Shown here: positions 38,239-50,488 of the stretch, in pieces
How the letters are laid out: the number at the start of each line of letters is the position of its first letter
How positions within the stretch are numbered: position 1 is the stretch's first letter
Source of the DNA: Octopus vulgaris
Lineage: Eukaryota
Direction: 5' to 3'
NCBI GenBank assembly: GCA_951406725.2
Contig: OX597827.1
Location: 76,198,001 to 76,262,000, forward strand
DNA length: 64,000 nucleotides
The notes under the pieces: generated by a model
Told to the model about the DNA's origin: nothing
The model's input: only the letters and a program-made list of their open reading frames with translations
Database searches by the model: none
Translations under genes and position numbers: made by a program

Positions 38239-41224
38239 AATATTATTTACAGCTATTTTTTTTTTTATCCTCACACACTTCATTTTATTTGTCTAAAATT
38301 TTCTGCTCACATTTGTTCTTGTTGGTTATGGTCACGACTGGAGTGTCTATCTATAATAATAAGTCTGTTATACTCAAACTCAAGCCTGGGGTTAAACAAC
38401 AAGTAAAATAACATTTGCCTGTTGTTGAACCGCAGGTCAAACCTGGTTTTTGAAGATTCTTGGCGACAGATGTTTCAACCGTGACCAACTATCCTGGGTA
38501 TATATATATACATATATATCTATATATATATATCCCTTACGTAACGTGTCCTTTTTTCAAGATGGTAGGGTGTCGTTTGAGAAAATTTGGCTGCTATTTC
38601 TAGCGATGGAACCATTACGCAGCCGCTCGACCAACTATAATGCTACAAATAGCAGCCAGATCTTCCTCAAATCACATCCTTCCTTAAATAAAAGAAGGAC
38701 ACATTAGACAATGTAGTCCCTAATATAAAAAAAAAAGGAGACAAAATAAATGGTCACGGTTGGAACGCCTTTAGTCGTACGTCGTCCGTCTGCTGGATCA
38801 AGGCTGACAGTCGTTGTTTGTAATCGTTTGTTGTCCTTGTGGCAAATAAAGGCGATGATGTTGTTGTTAATGTTTAATTATTCCAAATGTAACCTTAACT
38901 ATAATTTGTTGTGACATTGAAACACGGGCCCTGAATTTGGGGTCAACGGAAATATTAGTTAGGGACGGTAGGGGAGAAATAAAACAACACATTCCATTTA
39001 AATATAACTAATTATAAAGGCAATTAGGCAGTTAATTAATTAAACGACTGATAACTGAAGTAGTTTATTTACTGACAGTATATGGTTTGTGCACAATGAC
39101 AACACAATTTATAGAATTGCATTAAGTCCTGTACATCCTATGGGGAAAATAAATCCAAGTTTTATTCAGAATGTCTTGAGTAAAATAATGAATCGATTAA
39201 AAGCCCAATTAATTTTGTTATTTGATGAGGTTTTCTTGTGTTTTTCTTTTATACTTAGGATTCTAAATTTTTGAGGAAGGATGTAGATTAATGTATGTAA
39301 TTATAGTCTAAGGATTAAGGTAAAATATACGCTGTAATGTAGTTTTAAGCCTTGTATTTGGGTTGTTGAGTTCCAGGTCAGTCCTGGTCGAGGAGACTTT
39401 ACATCCAAAAGGAAGTCAACCAGAACCGTTCTGGCTTTTGTGTTTTGTATATTAGGGACTAGATTCATTATTTAGTGTGGCATATCTTTTTTTTATGTTT
39501 CTTAAGATGGTTGAATGTGAGGAGACTGTGCGTTTGTTTCTAGCAGTGAAGGAACATTTTATTGAAATGATTATTATTTTATATTATGCAGCGCCTATGA
39601 TTCGAACCCGAAGCGCAGTCATAGCTTTAAATCACACATACACACACACTCGTATGTCTATATATTCCTGAATCGAGTGAAACACATATTCAAATCCATG
39701 TGTACGCACATGTATAGGTATTTTGTAAAAGAATATACATCTGTATGTATGAATATGTTTTACTCGAACACATCTCGGGCCCCACGAGGGAGAGCCTCTG
39801 TGTGATTGCTCGACCGTCTAGAAGTGGCAGATATTTTCCAGATACGGTAGTCTCAAATACTCGTAAAAAGACGAGTTGGTCAAGGTTGGACGGCTTTTGA
39901 TAATAGGTCTGCCCAGTGTGAGTTAACCTGGGACTAAATGTGTGTATATATAATTTACATAACGCTTGTATATTCTATTCGACTGCAGTTTATTTAGATT
40001 TTCTTTGAATTCCTGACATCCGTTTTTTTTTTTACAATGCCTATGGTATACATCTGTCCCTCGGTGCTAGAAGCTTTTTCAAACAGCCCGATCGGATTCG
40101 AACACAAATCCGTAAAAGCCAACAGATTGCTACGTTGAAGCACCCACCTAGTTTGACATTCCATCATCAAATTGTTGCACAGCCCCCCACTTATCGATCT
40201 CATCGCCCCTGTTGACATTCTTATTGACTGCTGGAAAACCGAAAGGTTATCCTGACCTGCGCACAGTTCGAACCTTCCAAAGTACAAACTCTGAAAATTG
40301 CTTCCAGCACACTTGTCGCTCGTGTTGCACTCATTGTCATTATATAAAATCGGTGACCTGTCACGTTGAGTGTACTTTCGTTATTGCAGTCACAACGGTG
40401 AATCACTTGAACTCTCTGAATCGGGAGAGCGTCAGAGAAAAATGTTTTACAGTCCCTAGTAATGGCCTTTATTGCATTCTGAGTTCAAATCCCACTAAGA
40501 TCGACTTTGTTTTTCATTCCTCCAGGGTTGATATAACGAAGTACTAGTTACGTACAGGAGTGAGTTAGTAGTCCTATGAAACATCTTAAGACGGGAATGG
40601 AATTTCTTGAAGAACATTAAGACTTTGTCTTTCATTTTTCTGTATCTGATAAAATGAACACGTCTGATACTGGTGTCAGTTGGATCGTCTGTTCCCTTAT
40701 CCCAAAATTTGTTGGTATTGTGGTCATGTTGGAAACTATTGCTTATGCTGTTTCCATTGTTCTCTCCCTCCTTCCTAGAGTTGGGCAGCAAAAACTGGAG
40801 TAACTTTAAGGAAGTTATCTATTTTCAGTTATAGGTTAATAATTGAAGGAAAGACATGAGGAAGGAAGGAACTGTTGTGTGGGTTGGCTAGGTCTGCTGT
40901 TATCCAGCACATCTCTCTGACTGAAATCTTTTGTCAAGGAAAGATGTAGGAAGGGAAGGAACTGTTGTGTGGGTTGGATAGACCTGCAGTTCAGTACATC
41001 TCTGTGTAACTTTCTTCTTAGTCAAATATTCTGACAAACTGACATAGCCTAGCTCTATCTTTTCAACTTTACCTTCTTACTCCAATTCTCGCATAGGTAC
41101 CTGTCACTATCAACTTGCTCTTATTTGTCACTCTGGACATATTATGTTCTGCCTTAGTTTATGGTCCTTGCTCTGCCAATATTCCACATCTTCAGCCAAC
41201 CATTTAAATCTCTTAGCATTGTTT

Positions 41225-41679
41225 TTAACCCTTTCGTTACCGTATTTCTGTTGAGATGCTCTGTGTTTCTTTCATTTACTTTAACTATAACAAAGAATTT
41301 TGTAAAATAACTTAGTTATCATTCGGCTAGTGTTAGGAACATGAATTGTGACTAAGGTTTGGTGGAAGATTTTCAAGACATTTGTACTCAGAGCTAGAGT
41401 TGGTTTCAGTCAGGTTGGTATCAAAAGATTTAAGAATTGCTTCTCTATTATATATTTTAACCCTTTTGTTACCATATTTCTGTTGAGATGCTCTGTGTTT
41501 CTTTCAATTACTTTAAATATAACAAAGAATTTAGTAAAATAACTGAGTTATCGTTAATCTAGTGTTAGGAACATAAATTGTGACTAAGGTTTGGTGGAAG
41601 ATTTTCATTCAGAACTTATCAAAACTAAGACATTTGTACTCAGAGCTGGTTTCAGCCAGGTTGGTAATGAAAGGGTCAA
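41225..41679 (-). mobile_element. Tandem dimer of piggyBac-like MITE P1, reverse orientation
   Basis: Reverse complement of 25272-25753 including the spacer. Confidence 0.85.
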
Positions 41680-41879
41680 AGCGTTGTAGATTGGCAAAAG
41701 TTGTAGAGCGATAGTGATATTCAGTTACATCTCTTTGCATTCTGAGTTCAAATCCAGACGAAGTCAACTTTGGTTTTCATTCTTCTGAGTTCAAGAAAGT
41801 ACCAGTCAAGTACTGGGGTTTATTTGACAAACTCCTTCCTGAAATTTGTAACCTTGTCCCTGTGCTAGTTAGTTGTTCT

Positions 41880-42640
41880 TGGTTTCAAATTTTGGCACAA
41901 GGCCAGCAAGTTTGAGGGGCGAGGTAAGTTGATTACATCAACCCCTTGCTCAGCTGGTACTTATTTTATCAACCCAGAAGGGATAAGTTGTCCTCAGTGG
42001 AATTTGAACTCAGAGCATACTGCCACTAAGTATTTTGTCCAGTGTGTTAATAATTCTTCTAGCTAACAACAATAATCCTTTCTACTGTATGCACAAGGCC
42101 TGAAATTTTGGGGGAGGGGACCAGTTGATTAAATCGACCCCAGTATGCAACTGGTACTTAATTTATTGACCTTGAAAGGATGAAAGGCAAAATTGACCTC
42201 GGCGGATTTTGAACTCAGAACGGAGCGGCAGGTGAAATACCGCAAAGTATTTCATCCAGCATGCTAACGATTCTGCCAGCTCACCACCTTACCAACAACA
42301 ACAGCAATAATGATTTCAAATTTGGTACAAGGCCAGCAGTTTGTGGAGAGGAGACAAGCTGATTATATCAACCCCAATGTTCAGCTGGTACTTATTTTAT
42401 CAACCCCAAAAGGCAAAGTTGGCCTTGGCAGAATTTGAACTCAGAATGTTAAGATGGAAAAAATGCCACTAAAGCATTTTGCCTGCGGAGCTAACATCTC
42501 TGTCGCTTTCTACAATAGGCACAAAGCCTGAAATTTTGAGTTGGGGTGCCTAGTGGATTTCAGTGATCCCAGTGTTTGACTGCCCCTTAATTTATCAACC
42601 CCCAAAACAATGAAAGGCAAAGTCAACCTCAGTGGAATAA
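41880..42640 (-). mobile_element. Tandem array of SINE family B copies (reverse) in the presumed intron of ZNF gene 2
   Basis: About four consecutive reverse-complement family B units. Confidence 0.85.
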
Positions 42641-42694
42641 TAATACTAATACTACTACTAATAATAATAAGTATGATATTTGCATATTTTTGAT

Positions 42695-42717
42695 GAATCT
42701 AATTTCTTCTGTTTCAG
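42695..42717 (+). promoter_or_regulatory. Probable splice acceptor of the coding exon of ZNF gene 2
   Basis: CTAAT branch-like motif followed by TTCTTCTGTTTCAG; unique sequence follows to ATG 43047. Confidence 0.6.
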
Positions 42718-43046
42718 ATGTGTCAAAATGGATTTCTCAGTGGTTGTATAGACATGGAAGATTGGAAGATTCTAGAAGAAAATCACCAAGTACACCAGCC
42801 CCTAATGAAATCCACCTCATAAAGTGCCAAAACTGAAGGACAACAAATTACAAAGAACTCTGGGAAATATACAAGAAACTAATCAAACCGATTCCTCAGC
42901 TACGACTGGTAATCTTCCTACGGCTGTTTAAAATTTCTCAAGCAGGAGAGAACATAGCCCCCACCCCACTCTCAGACAATCACAACAGCGTTTCAGGCCC
43001 TGTGTCCCTCCACTCTGACGTGGTCCACTAACTTTCTCGATACAAC

Positions 43047-43742
43047 ATGGCTGATGTATTGGTCAAGATGTGTCACTGTCAGATCTGTGGTTCTTCGCTA
43101 TCAACGTTGAGTCTCTTAAGACGGCACAAGCTGATCCACGAGGGTCAGCGACCATACCAGTGCAATGTGTGCTCTGCTGCGTTCTTACAGAGCAGTGATC
43201 TAAAGAAACACAACATGATTCATACAGGGGAGAAACCGTTCACCTGCTACACGTGTGGGGCGGCGTTTTCGCGCAACAGTTCTCTCAAACAACACGGCCT
43301 CACTCATACAGGGCAGAAACCATTCAAGTGCGAAGAGTGCCCGTCTGCATTCTCCACGCGTAGTTTACTCAAACGTCACCACATGAATCACACGGGCTTG
43401 AAGCCGTTCAAGTGTGACCTTTGTTCAGCAGCGTTCACCCAAAACTGTGACCTCAAGAAACATCGCATGATCCACACCGGTGAGAAACCCTATAAATGCG
43501 ATTATTGTTCGGCTGCTTTCTCTCGGAATTCTTCACTGAAGCAGCACCACCGGACACACACGGGTGAGAAACCATTCCAGTGTGAAGTTTGTCCGGCTGC
43601 TTTCTCTACATACAGTCTCTTGAAGCGACATCGAATGAGCCATAGCAGTGAAAAACCATTCAAATGTGAAATGTGTCCTGCACAGTATTCTCAAAGTAGT
43701 GATTTAAAAAAACACCAACGTGTGCACACAAGGAACACCTAA
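43047..43742 (+). CDS. C2H2 zinc-finger-only protein (231 aa, 8 fingers)
   Basis: Intact ORF, eight CxxC-x12-HxxxH units with TGEKP-like linkers; start context ACAACATGG. Confidence 0.93.
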   Translation: MADVLVKMCHCQICGSSLSTLSLLRRHKLIHEGQRPYQCNVCSAAFLQSSDLKKHNMIHTGEKPFTCYTCGAAFSRNSSLKQHGLTHTGQKPFKCEECPSAFSTRSLLKRHHMNHTGLKPFKCDLCSAAFTQNCDLKKHRMIHTGEKPYKCDYCSAAFSRNSSLKQHHRTHTGEKPFQCEVCPAAFSTYSLLKRHRMSHSSEKPFKCEMCPAQYSQSSDLKKHQRVHTRNT

Positions 43743-44018
43743 GGCAGTTCCCTTGATATTTTATTGTTCCTCCACTTTTGTGGAAGGGTGAGGCCCCACT
43801 TGCAGAAAAGATTCTGTTTAATGACAAAAAAAGCAAACAAACAAAACAGAAAAACCAACCCCAGTTTGATTCCATTGAGCAGTGTAAGGACTAGGGTTAT
43901 ATCTTGATAAAGAGTTTAGTGATGTTGTGGCTCTCATTTCCTGGGGAAAAAAAACAGGAATCAAGGATTGTAATGTTACACACTGTTAACCTATGGGATT
44001 ATATTTAAAGTTGACTAA

Positions 44019-44050
<32 letters not shown>

Positions 44051-44230
44051 ATGTGTGTGTGTGTGTGCGTGTGTGTGTGTGTGTGTGTGTGATGTATGTA
44101 TTTCAGATCTGTGATGTAGGGTGCTTTGCTAAAGAAAAAGAAGAGAAAAAAAAAAGACACTGTTATCTCCAGACCTTACCAGTCTCTGGTATCATAGGGG
44201 TCACTTCACCAAACAGGTGTGAATAAGGGG

Positions 44231-44236
44231 AATAAA
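44231..44236 (+). promoter_or_regulatory. Candidate polyadenylation signal of ZNF gene 2
   Basis: AATAAA ~490 nt after the stop codon, followed by U/GU-rich sequence. Confidence 0.35.
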
Positions 44237-45034
44237 ATTACATTTCCTTTTTGTTTTATTCATTTATTTTTGTGCCTTTTGTTGAGTCGAGTGTTTTCCT
44301 TTTTGTTTGTATTTGTTCTTTTTTTTTTTTTAAAGGATTTTTCAGCTCTGCAGTGAATAACTTATGTTAGCAAACCCTTTAGGCCTCGTCAGTTTCTGAT
44401 CCCTATTAACTTCAAATACCATATAGAGTACTGGTTTTGGGGATACAAGAGTTGGTGCTCACTCATAGAAGAAACCTCATTAGACCATATCAACAAAGAT
44501 ATGAACTAATAAAAGCTGTCTGATGATGATGATGATGCCTACCTAATTAACAGAGACTCACCAACAAACTACACTCACTGACTCGTGAGTCAGTGAGTGA
44601 GCTTCATCAGACCAGCTAGAAAAAGCAGCCAAATCTGCCTCAAACCATTCCCTACCTTCATACAAATGGACACACTGACAACCTTTCCTGGAGGAAAGGT
44701 CTCAGCTGGAATGTCTTGGTCATTGGTCTCTCTGCTCTGTCAGAACTGAATTGGAAAATGGGGGAAGAAGAAGGGTCAACAAACAATTCACCATTCCACA
44801 GACATGTTGTTTATTCTAAGTTTTCTACTGCTACTGTAACAGCTGATGTACCCCTGACAACAGCCACCAATTTTATTAAGCTACACCTAGTCCCCACCTA
44901 CCAATATTTTTTACCCTCAGACATCAACTTACAGATGTTGGAACTGCACTTCAGCCACAATCATCATCGTTTAACGTCTGTTTTCCATGCTGGCATAGGT
45001 TGGACGGTTCGACTACTTCTAGTTTCTCCCCCCT

Positions 45035-45750
45035 GACATGTGATGAAATGTGTTTTCTGAGTATCTGTGGTGTCTATTGCCCCTGTGCATCTGCCACACA
45101 TGAAAGCTATCTTCTCGGTTAATCTTCCTTTTGATGTTGCTGCACTTCTTATGTGTTCATAGCTTACACTGGGTACATCTTATGGAGTTTCTACCTACAC
45201 CTTTTCTACAGATAGAGCAAGGCCACCTACCTGAAAGGGTGTGTGATGTGTTCACCTTCCTACTTACTATAACTTTGGTCTTTGCTACATTGACTCTAAG
45301 GCCTTTTGATTCTAAACCTTGCTTCAACACTTGAAGTTTCTTCTCTAGTTCTGGTAGTGATTCTGCTATGAGGGCCAGGTCATCAGCATAGAGGTGCTCC
45401 CAGGGGCAACTCGTCTTGAACTCCTCTGTTATTGCCTCAAGGACTATGATGAATAAGAGGGGGCTGAGAGCTGATCCTTGGTGGATCCCTACTTCTACCC
45501 GGAACTCTTCACTATACTCATTGCCAATCTTAACCCTACTAATGGCATCTTTGTATAGGGCCTGTACAGCCCTTAATAACCATTCGTCAATCCCTGGCTT
45601 CTGCATTGCTCACCACATAAGGGATTGGGGGACCCTGTCAAAGGCTTTTTCCAAGTCCACGAAAGCCAAATATAGGGGTTTATCTTTGGCTAGGCATTTC
45701 TCCTGCAGTTGCCAAACCAGGAATATAGTATCAGTGGTGTTTCTACCTGA
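45035..45750 (-). mobile_element. LINE (RTE-like) reverse-transcriptase fragment
   Basis: AFVDLEKAFD, GIHQGSALSPLLF, YADDLALI, GLRVNVAKTK, followed by a CxxC knuckle. Confidence 0.92.
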
Positions 45751-46339
45751 CACAATGATCTCACTAACCTAGGGGGTCCTGCAAAGTTGGAATATATCGG
45801 ATAAACAATGCAAATTTGTCACTTTGTGCTAATCATCATCTTTACATCTGCTTTTCTGTGTTTGCATGGGTTGGATGGGTGTTCCTTAATGCAGCATCTT
45901 GCCACTTGTTGTGGTCCCTTATTTCCTTAGTGAAGTTAAGCATCCCGAGATCAGCTTTTGCTGCTTCTACCTACGTCTTCCTTGGAGTTCCTCTTTCACA
46001 AGTTCCTTCCACTAAACCATTTAGCAATTAAAGTATTCCATCTGTTTTGTGTTCAAAGTGGCCAGATCCCGCCTTTCATACCTATCCTACAATGTCATTC
46101 TAAAACTATACAGTCACATAATTGAAATCTCAAAGCTACAAGATAATGCAGAATTAATTCAAAACGATGTGAATCGATAAGCATTACTTTTGCCAGAGGA
46201 AGCTGAATGCTAAAGAGTTAAACCACTTGGCTCTTCTTTCCCCATCCCTCATCCTCTTCATACGTCACGTCTCCATCAGTTCAGTTCTTCTCTCTTACAC
46301 ACTAAAAGCATTGAAGACGAGTATTACAAATCCAACAGC

Positions 46340-46745
46340 GGATCTTTTCGGTTTGAACGGCAGTTTTTTCTTAGCGGTGTCATATGAAATTGTCACCCAT
46401 AATTATGACCCTAGTATCGATCTATTGCATTTCAATCTGTTTTAGGGTTAGGTGGAAGGGTATCTTTTTTTTTTCAGAAATGTAAATAAACCCAATCTGT
46501 TTCTTAAACGAGGGACATATTCATACGGCACAGAATGTTTTCACCTCAATAGACGTCATTGATTGGTTGAAATTGCAGAAATTGAAGAAAAAAAACAACA
46601 AATATCTTACAAACTATAGAATTTTCTCAATAAAGCCAAGAGAAAAAGATGTTTTATAAACACACTCTACCAGTATACCAAGTTTAAAAGAGTTTTAGTT
46701 ACCTAGAGATTGTGTTAAAAACTGCCGTTCAAACCGAAAAGATCC
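46340..46745. mobile_element. MITE with 28-bp TIRs and 8-bp TSD (Merlin-like); fragment also at ~37285-37343
   Basis: GGATCTTTTCGGTTTGAACGGCAGTTTT ... AAAACTGCCGTTCAAACCGAAAAGATCC; TSD CCAACAGC at 46332-46339 and 46746-46753. Confidence 0.88.
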
Positions 46746-47454
46746 CCAACAGCTGTTGCTGGGGGATCGGTGGTCCAGATATTGATTGTAAATTGATTCC
46801 ATTGTCGGATGATACGTGCCTCCGTCTTCGGGAAAGAAATCTCACGTTTTGTGGAGAGCAAGTGTATTAGTGGGGGAATTGGGGAGGTATTCAGATAGGG
46901 ACTTGTGAGAGGAGAAAATAAATTTTGATGGTTAGGGGTCAATAAGGAGGCTAGTAGGGAGTTATAGTAGTAGAGGGGGAAGAGTGGAGAGTCGTTTAGG
47001 TAGTATGTGAATGATAATTTTTGTGTTAGCCTGTATGAAGGCCTATACAATTAATGGTGGAGATAGTAAGAAGGGGAATGGCCCCTATAAAACTCAGCTC
47101 TTCTGTCAACTCCTCTGCTGTCATTCACTCACACTAACAACAAGCATACCCCACATCTTGTTTGCTTCAGTCCCCTCTAACCGTTTTTGCATCCTCTGAA
47201 ATCAGTACCCGTCTTTCGCAACCATGCAGTATCACACTTTGTACCCAAGCATTTTTCAATCTACCCTTCACTCTGTGAGGGAACCCCTTTATTGTTGGCA
47301 GGTAAAAAGCACCCAGCACACTCTGTTAAGTGGGAAGGGCATCCAGCCGTAGAAGCCATGCCACAGCAGTCACTTGGGAGTCTGGACAGGTCCATGTCGA
47401 ACTGTCCAACTCATGCCAGCATGGAAAGCAGATGTTAAATGATGACGATGACGA

Positions 47455-48160
47455 AGGTGAACTGGTAGAATCATTAGCATTCCAGGTAAAATATTTTGTA
47501 GAATTTCCTCAATGTTATCAACTTGCCCCTTCCCTCAAACTTGGTCTTGTGTCGAAATTTGAGACCAACATTTCTTTCAGCTAAGATGGCAAACTGGCAA
47601 GTTCGTTAATGCCTTGCAGCATCTCTTCCAGCTTGACATTCTGAGTTCAAATTCTGCTTGAGGTCAACTTTGTCTTTTGTCCTTTCAGGGTTGATAAAAT
47701 GAGTACCAGATACGCACTGGGGTTGTTGTAGTCGACTTATTCCTTTCCCTGAACTTGCTGGCCTCGAACCAAAATTTGAAACCATTATTATTATTGTCAT
47801 TAAGGTGGCGAGCTGGCAGAATGGTTAGCATACCAGGCAAAATGCTTAATGGTGTCTCATGTGCTGTTACATTCAGAGTTCAAATTCCACCGAGGTCGAC
47901 TTTGCCTTTCATCCTTTCAGGAACAATAAAATTAGTACCAGTTTACGCTCTGGGGTTGATGTAATCAACTTAATCCCTTCTGGCAAGTTTGAGGCCTTAT
48001 GCTTCCAGTAGAAAGAATCATTGTAAAATTTTAAAATGGGCACTACCTTGCCTTTCATCATTTCGGGGTCAATAAATTAAGTACCAGTTGCATACTGGGA
48101 TCGATCTAATCAACTGGCCTCCTCCCCTGAAATTTCAGGCCTTGTGCCTAGAGTACAAAA
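47455..48160 (+). mobile_element. Tandem SINE family B array
   Basis: Three to four consecutive family B units. Confidence 0.8.
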
Positions 48161-48471
48161 GAAAGTATATGGTGTATGGGTCAGTTCATTTCAATGTTTG
48201 ATATCTTCAATGGGGTTACTTGAGCTGCTAAAAATAGCAGCCAGATTTCCATTTTCTATTGTCTTAGAAAAAATTCAATGGATAATGTAGTCTTGGTTGG
48301 AATGTCTCTGATCATAGGCCTGCTCATCCAAATATGACCTGGGGTTAAACAACAGCAGGAGAGGTACAGGTCACTTTAACCCTTTTGTTACCATATGTCT
48401 GTTGAAATACCCTGACTTTGTTACAATTAATTTTTTTAAATCGTTAAAAATTTAGTGAAATATTGTTACCA

Positions 48472-48841
48472 GGCGCAGGAGTGGCTGTGTGCTTGCTTAC
48501 CAACCACATGGTTCTGGGTTCAGTCCCACTGTGTGGCACCTTGGGCAAGTGTCTTCTATTATAGCCTTGTACTGACCAAAGCCTTGTGAGTGGATTTGGT
48601 AGACGGAAACTGAAAGAAGCCCGTTGTATATATGTATATATATGTATGTGTGTTTGTCCTCCTAACATCGCTTGACAACCGATGCTAGTGTGCTTGCATA
48701 CCCATAAGTTAGTGGTTCGGCAAAAGAGACTGATAGAATAAGTACTAGGCTTACAAAGAATAAGTCCTGGGGTCGATTTGCTCGTCTAAAGGCAGTGCTC
48801 CAGCATGGCCACAGTCAAAATGACCGAAACAAGTAAAAGAG
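48472..48841 (+). mobile_element. SINE family A inserted in a degenerate piggyBac-like MITE (~48377-48970)
   Basis: Family A sequence flanked by the two halves of a TTAACCCTTT...AAAGGGTTAA element. Confidence 0.8.
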
Positions 48842-49200
48842 TATTAAGGTGGTGTTTCGAAATTAAATTAACATGAAATTTTGACAGAAAGTTTCAATTT
48901 AGGTCAGTTTAAAACCAGGAAGTTTATATCCCAAAGGTAGCCTTGGCTAGGTTGGACTCAAAAGGGTTAATTACATACAGAACAGCTAAAGGAAGATCAG
49001 AATCCATCATAGACTGGGATGGAAAAGCTTGGATCATGGTTCTGTTCAACTGGAGCCGATCTGAAGTTAAAAAACATCCATGATATAACAACAATGGATG
49101 GTAAGGTCTTTAACTAGTTTTATCTGTCTACATACTGGGTTCAAATCCTGCTAGAGCAGATAAAATATAAGGGGGAGTTGGTTACTATAGTTGTGGATAA

Positions 49201-49425
49201 TAAGGTGGCGAGCTGGCAGAAACATTAGCGCGCTGGGTGAAATGCTTAGCGGTATTTCGTCTGTCGTTACGTTCTGAGTTCAAATTCCGCTGAGGTCGAC
49301 TTTGCCTTTCATCCTTTCAGGGTCGATAAATAAAGTACCAGTTTCACACTGGGGTCAATGTAATCGACTTAATCCCTTTGTCTGTCCCCTCTATGTTTAG
49401 CCCCTTGTGGGCAATAAAGAAATAT
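49201..49425 (+). mobile_element. SINE family B, clean copy (others 6336-6550, 6703-6915, 50043-50260, 49585-49755(-), 52790-53013(-))
   Basis: tRNA-like head GGTGGCGAGCTGGCAGAA...GAGTTCAAATTCC; tail GCCCCTTGTGGGCAATAAAGAAAT. Confidence 0.88.
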
Positions 49426-50280
49426 ATAATTGTGGATAATTTTATCTTTTACTTGTTTCGGTTATTAGTGGCCGATACTTATTATATTGGTTTGTTTTTT
49501 TTGTTTGCTGAACTGCTAGGTTACAGGGACGTGAAGAAGCCAATTGTCAAGTAGAGGTGGTGGGGGGAAGATACAGACAAACAGATTAAGTCGATTACTT
49601 CAACCCCAGTGTGTAACTGGTACTCAATTTATCGACCTTGAAAGGATGAAAGGCAAAGTTGACCTTTGTGGAGTTTGAACTCAGAACGTAACGGCAGACG
49701 AAATACAGCTACGCATATTGCCTGGTGTGCTAACGTTTCTGCCAGCTCGCCGCCCTCACACAGACAAACACATATATAATTAAATATTTTACAGCAACAG
49801 CTGTGTGGATGCTTGCTCAGGTGGAATGCGATTAAGCATTGATTACATTCCACCTGAGGAAGCACACACACAGCTGTTGCTGAAAAATATTTAATTATAG
49901 AATGATTCTAAAGAATATTCTCATAAAATGATACATAAATGTAAACTAAACAACTTAAAGCTGGTGTCAGGTGCAGAAACAGATGAGATTTGCTATTAAA
50001 ACTTATATTCTCCATCCTGGTGTTATATTATTCTTATATACAACGGCCGCAAGCTGGCAGACTCATTAGCATGCCAGGCAAAATACTTTGCGGTATTTCA
50101 TCAGCTGCTATGTTCTGAGTTCAAATTCCGCCGAGGTTGACTTTGCCTTTCATCCTTTCAGGGTTGATAAATCAAGTACCAGTTGCATACTGGGGTCGAT
50201 GTGATCGACTGTCCCCTTCCCCACAAAATCCAGGCCTTGTACCTAGAGTAGAAAAGATTATTCTTATATGCATACATACA

Positions 50281-50488
50281 TTGGAGTGCTGAAAAGTTCC
50301 TGGCTTTAGTTAAAAGAAAATACAGGAGGATCAGTTAATTACGATTTTATTCAACATATTCCCCCTCTCAGATTCATACACTTAGTGGTCCTTCACTTCT
50401 TCTAAGCCCTGTAAAAGAACTTAGGAGGTTGGGCTTCCAACCAGGCCTTTCATGATGCCCTCAAAGCCAGGAACTTTTCAACACACCC
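50281..50488. mobile_element. Tc1/mariner-like MITE
   Basis: TIRs GTGCTGAAAAGTTCCTGGCTTT / AAAGCCAGGAACTTTTCAACAC. Confidence 0.75.

Noticed and set aside
40848-41007. ~90-bp diverged tandem duplication
   Set aside because: Two copies only, no ORF or structure; ordinary local duplication
46760-47050. Possible LINE ORF2 C-terminal remnant (SFPKTEARIIRQWN, minus strand)
   Set aside because: Single weak motif; insufficient to classify
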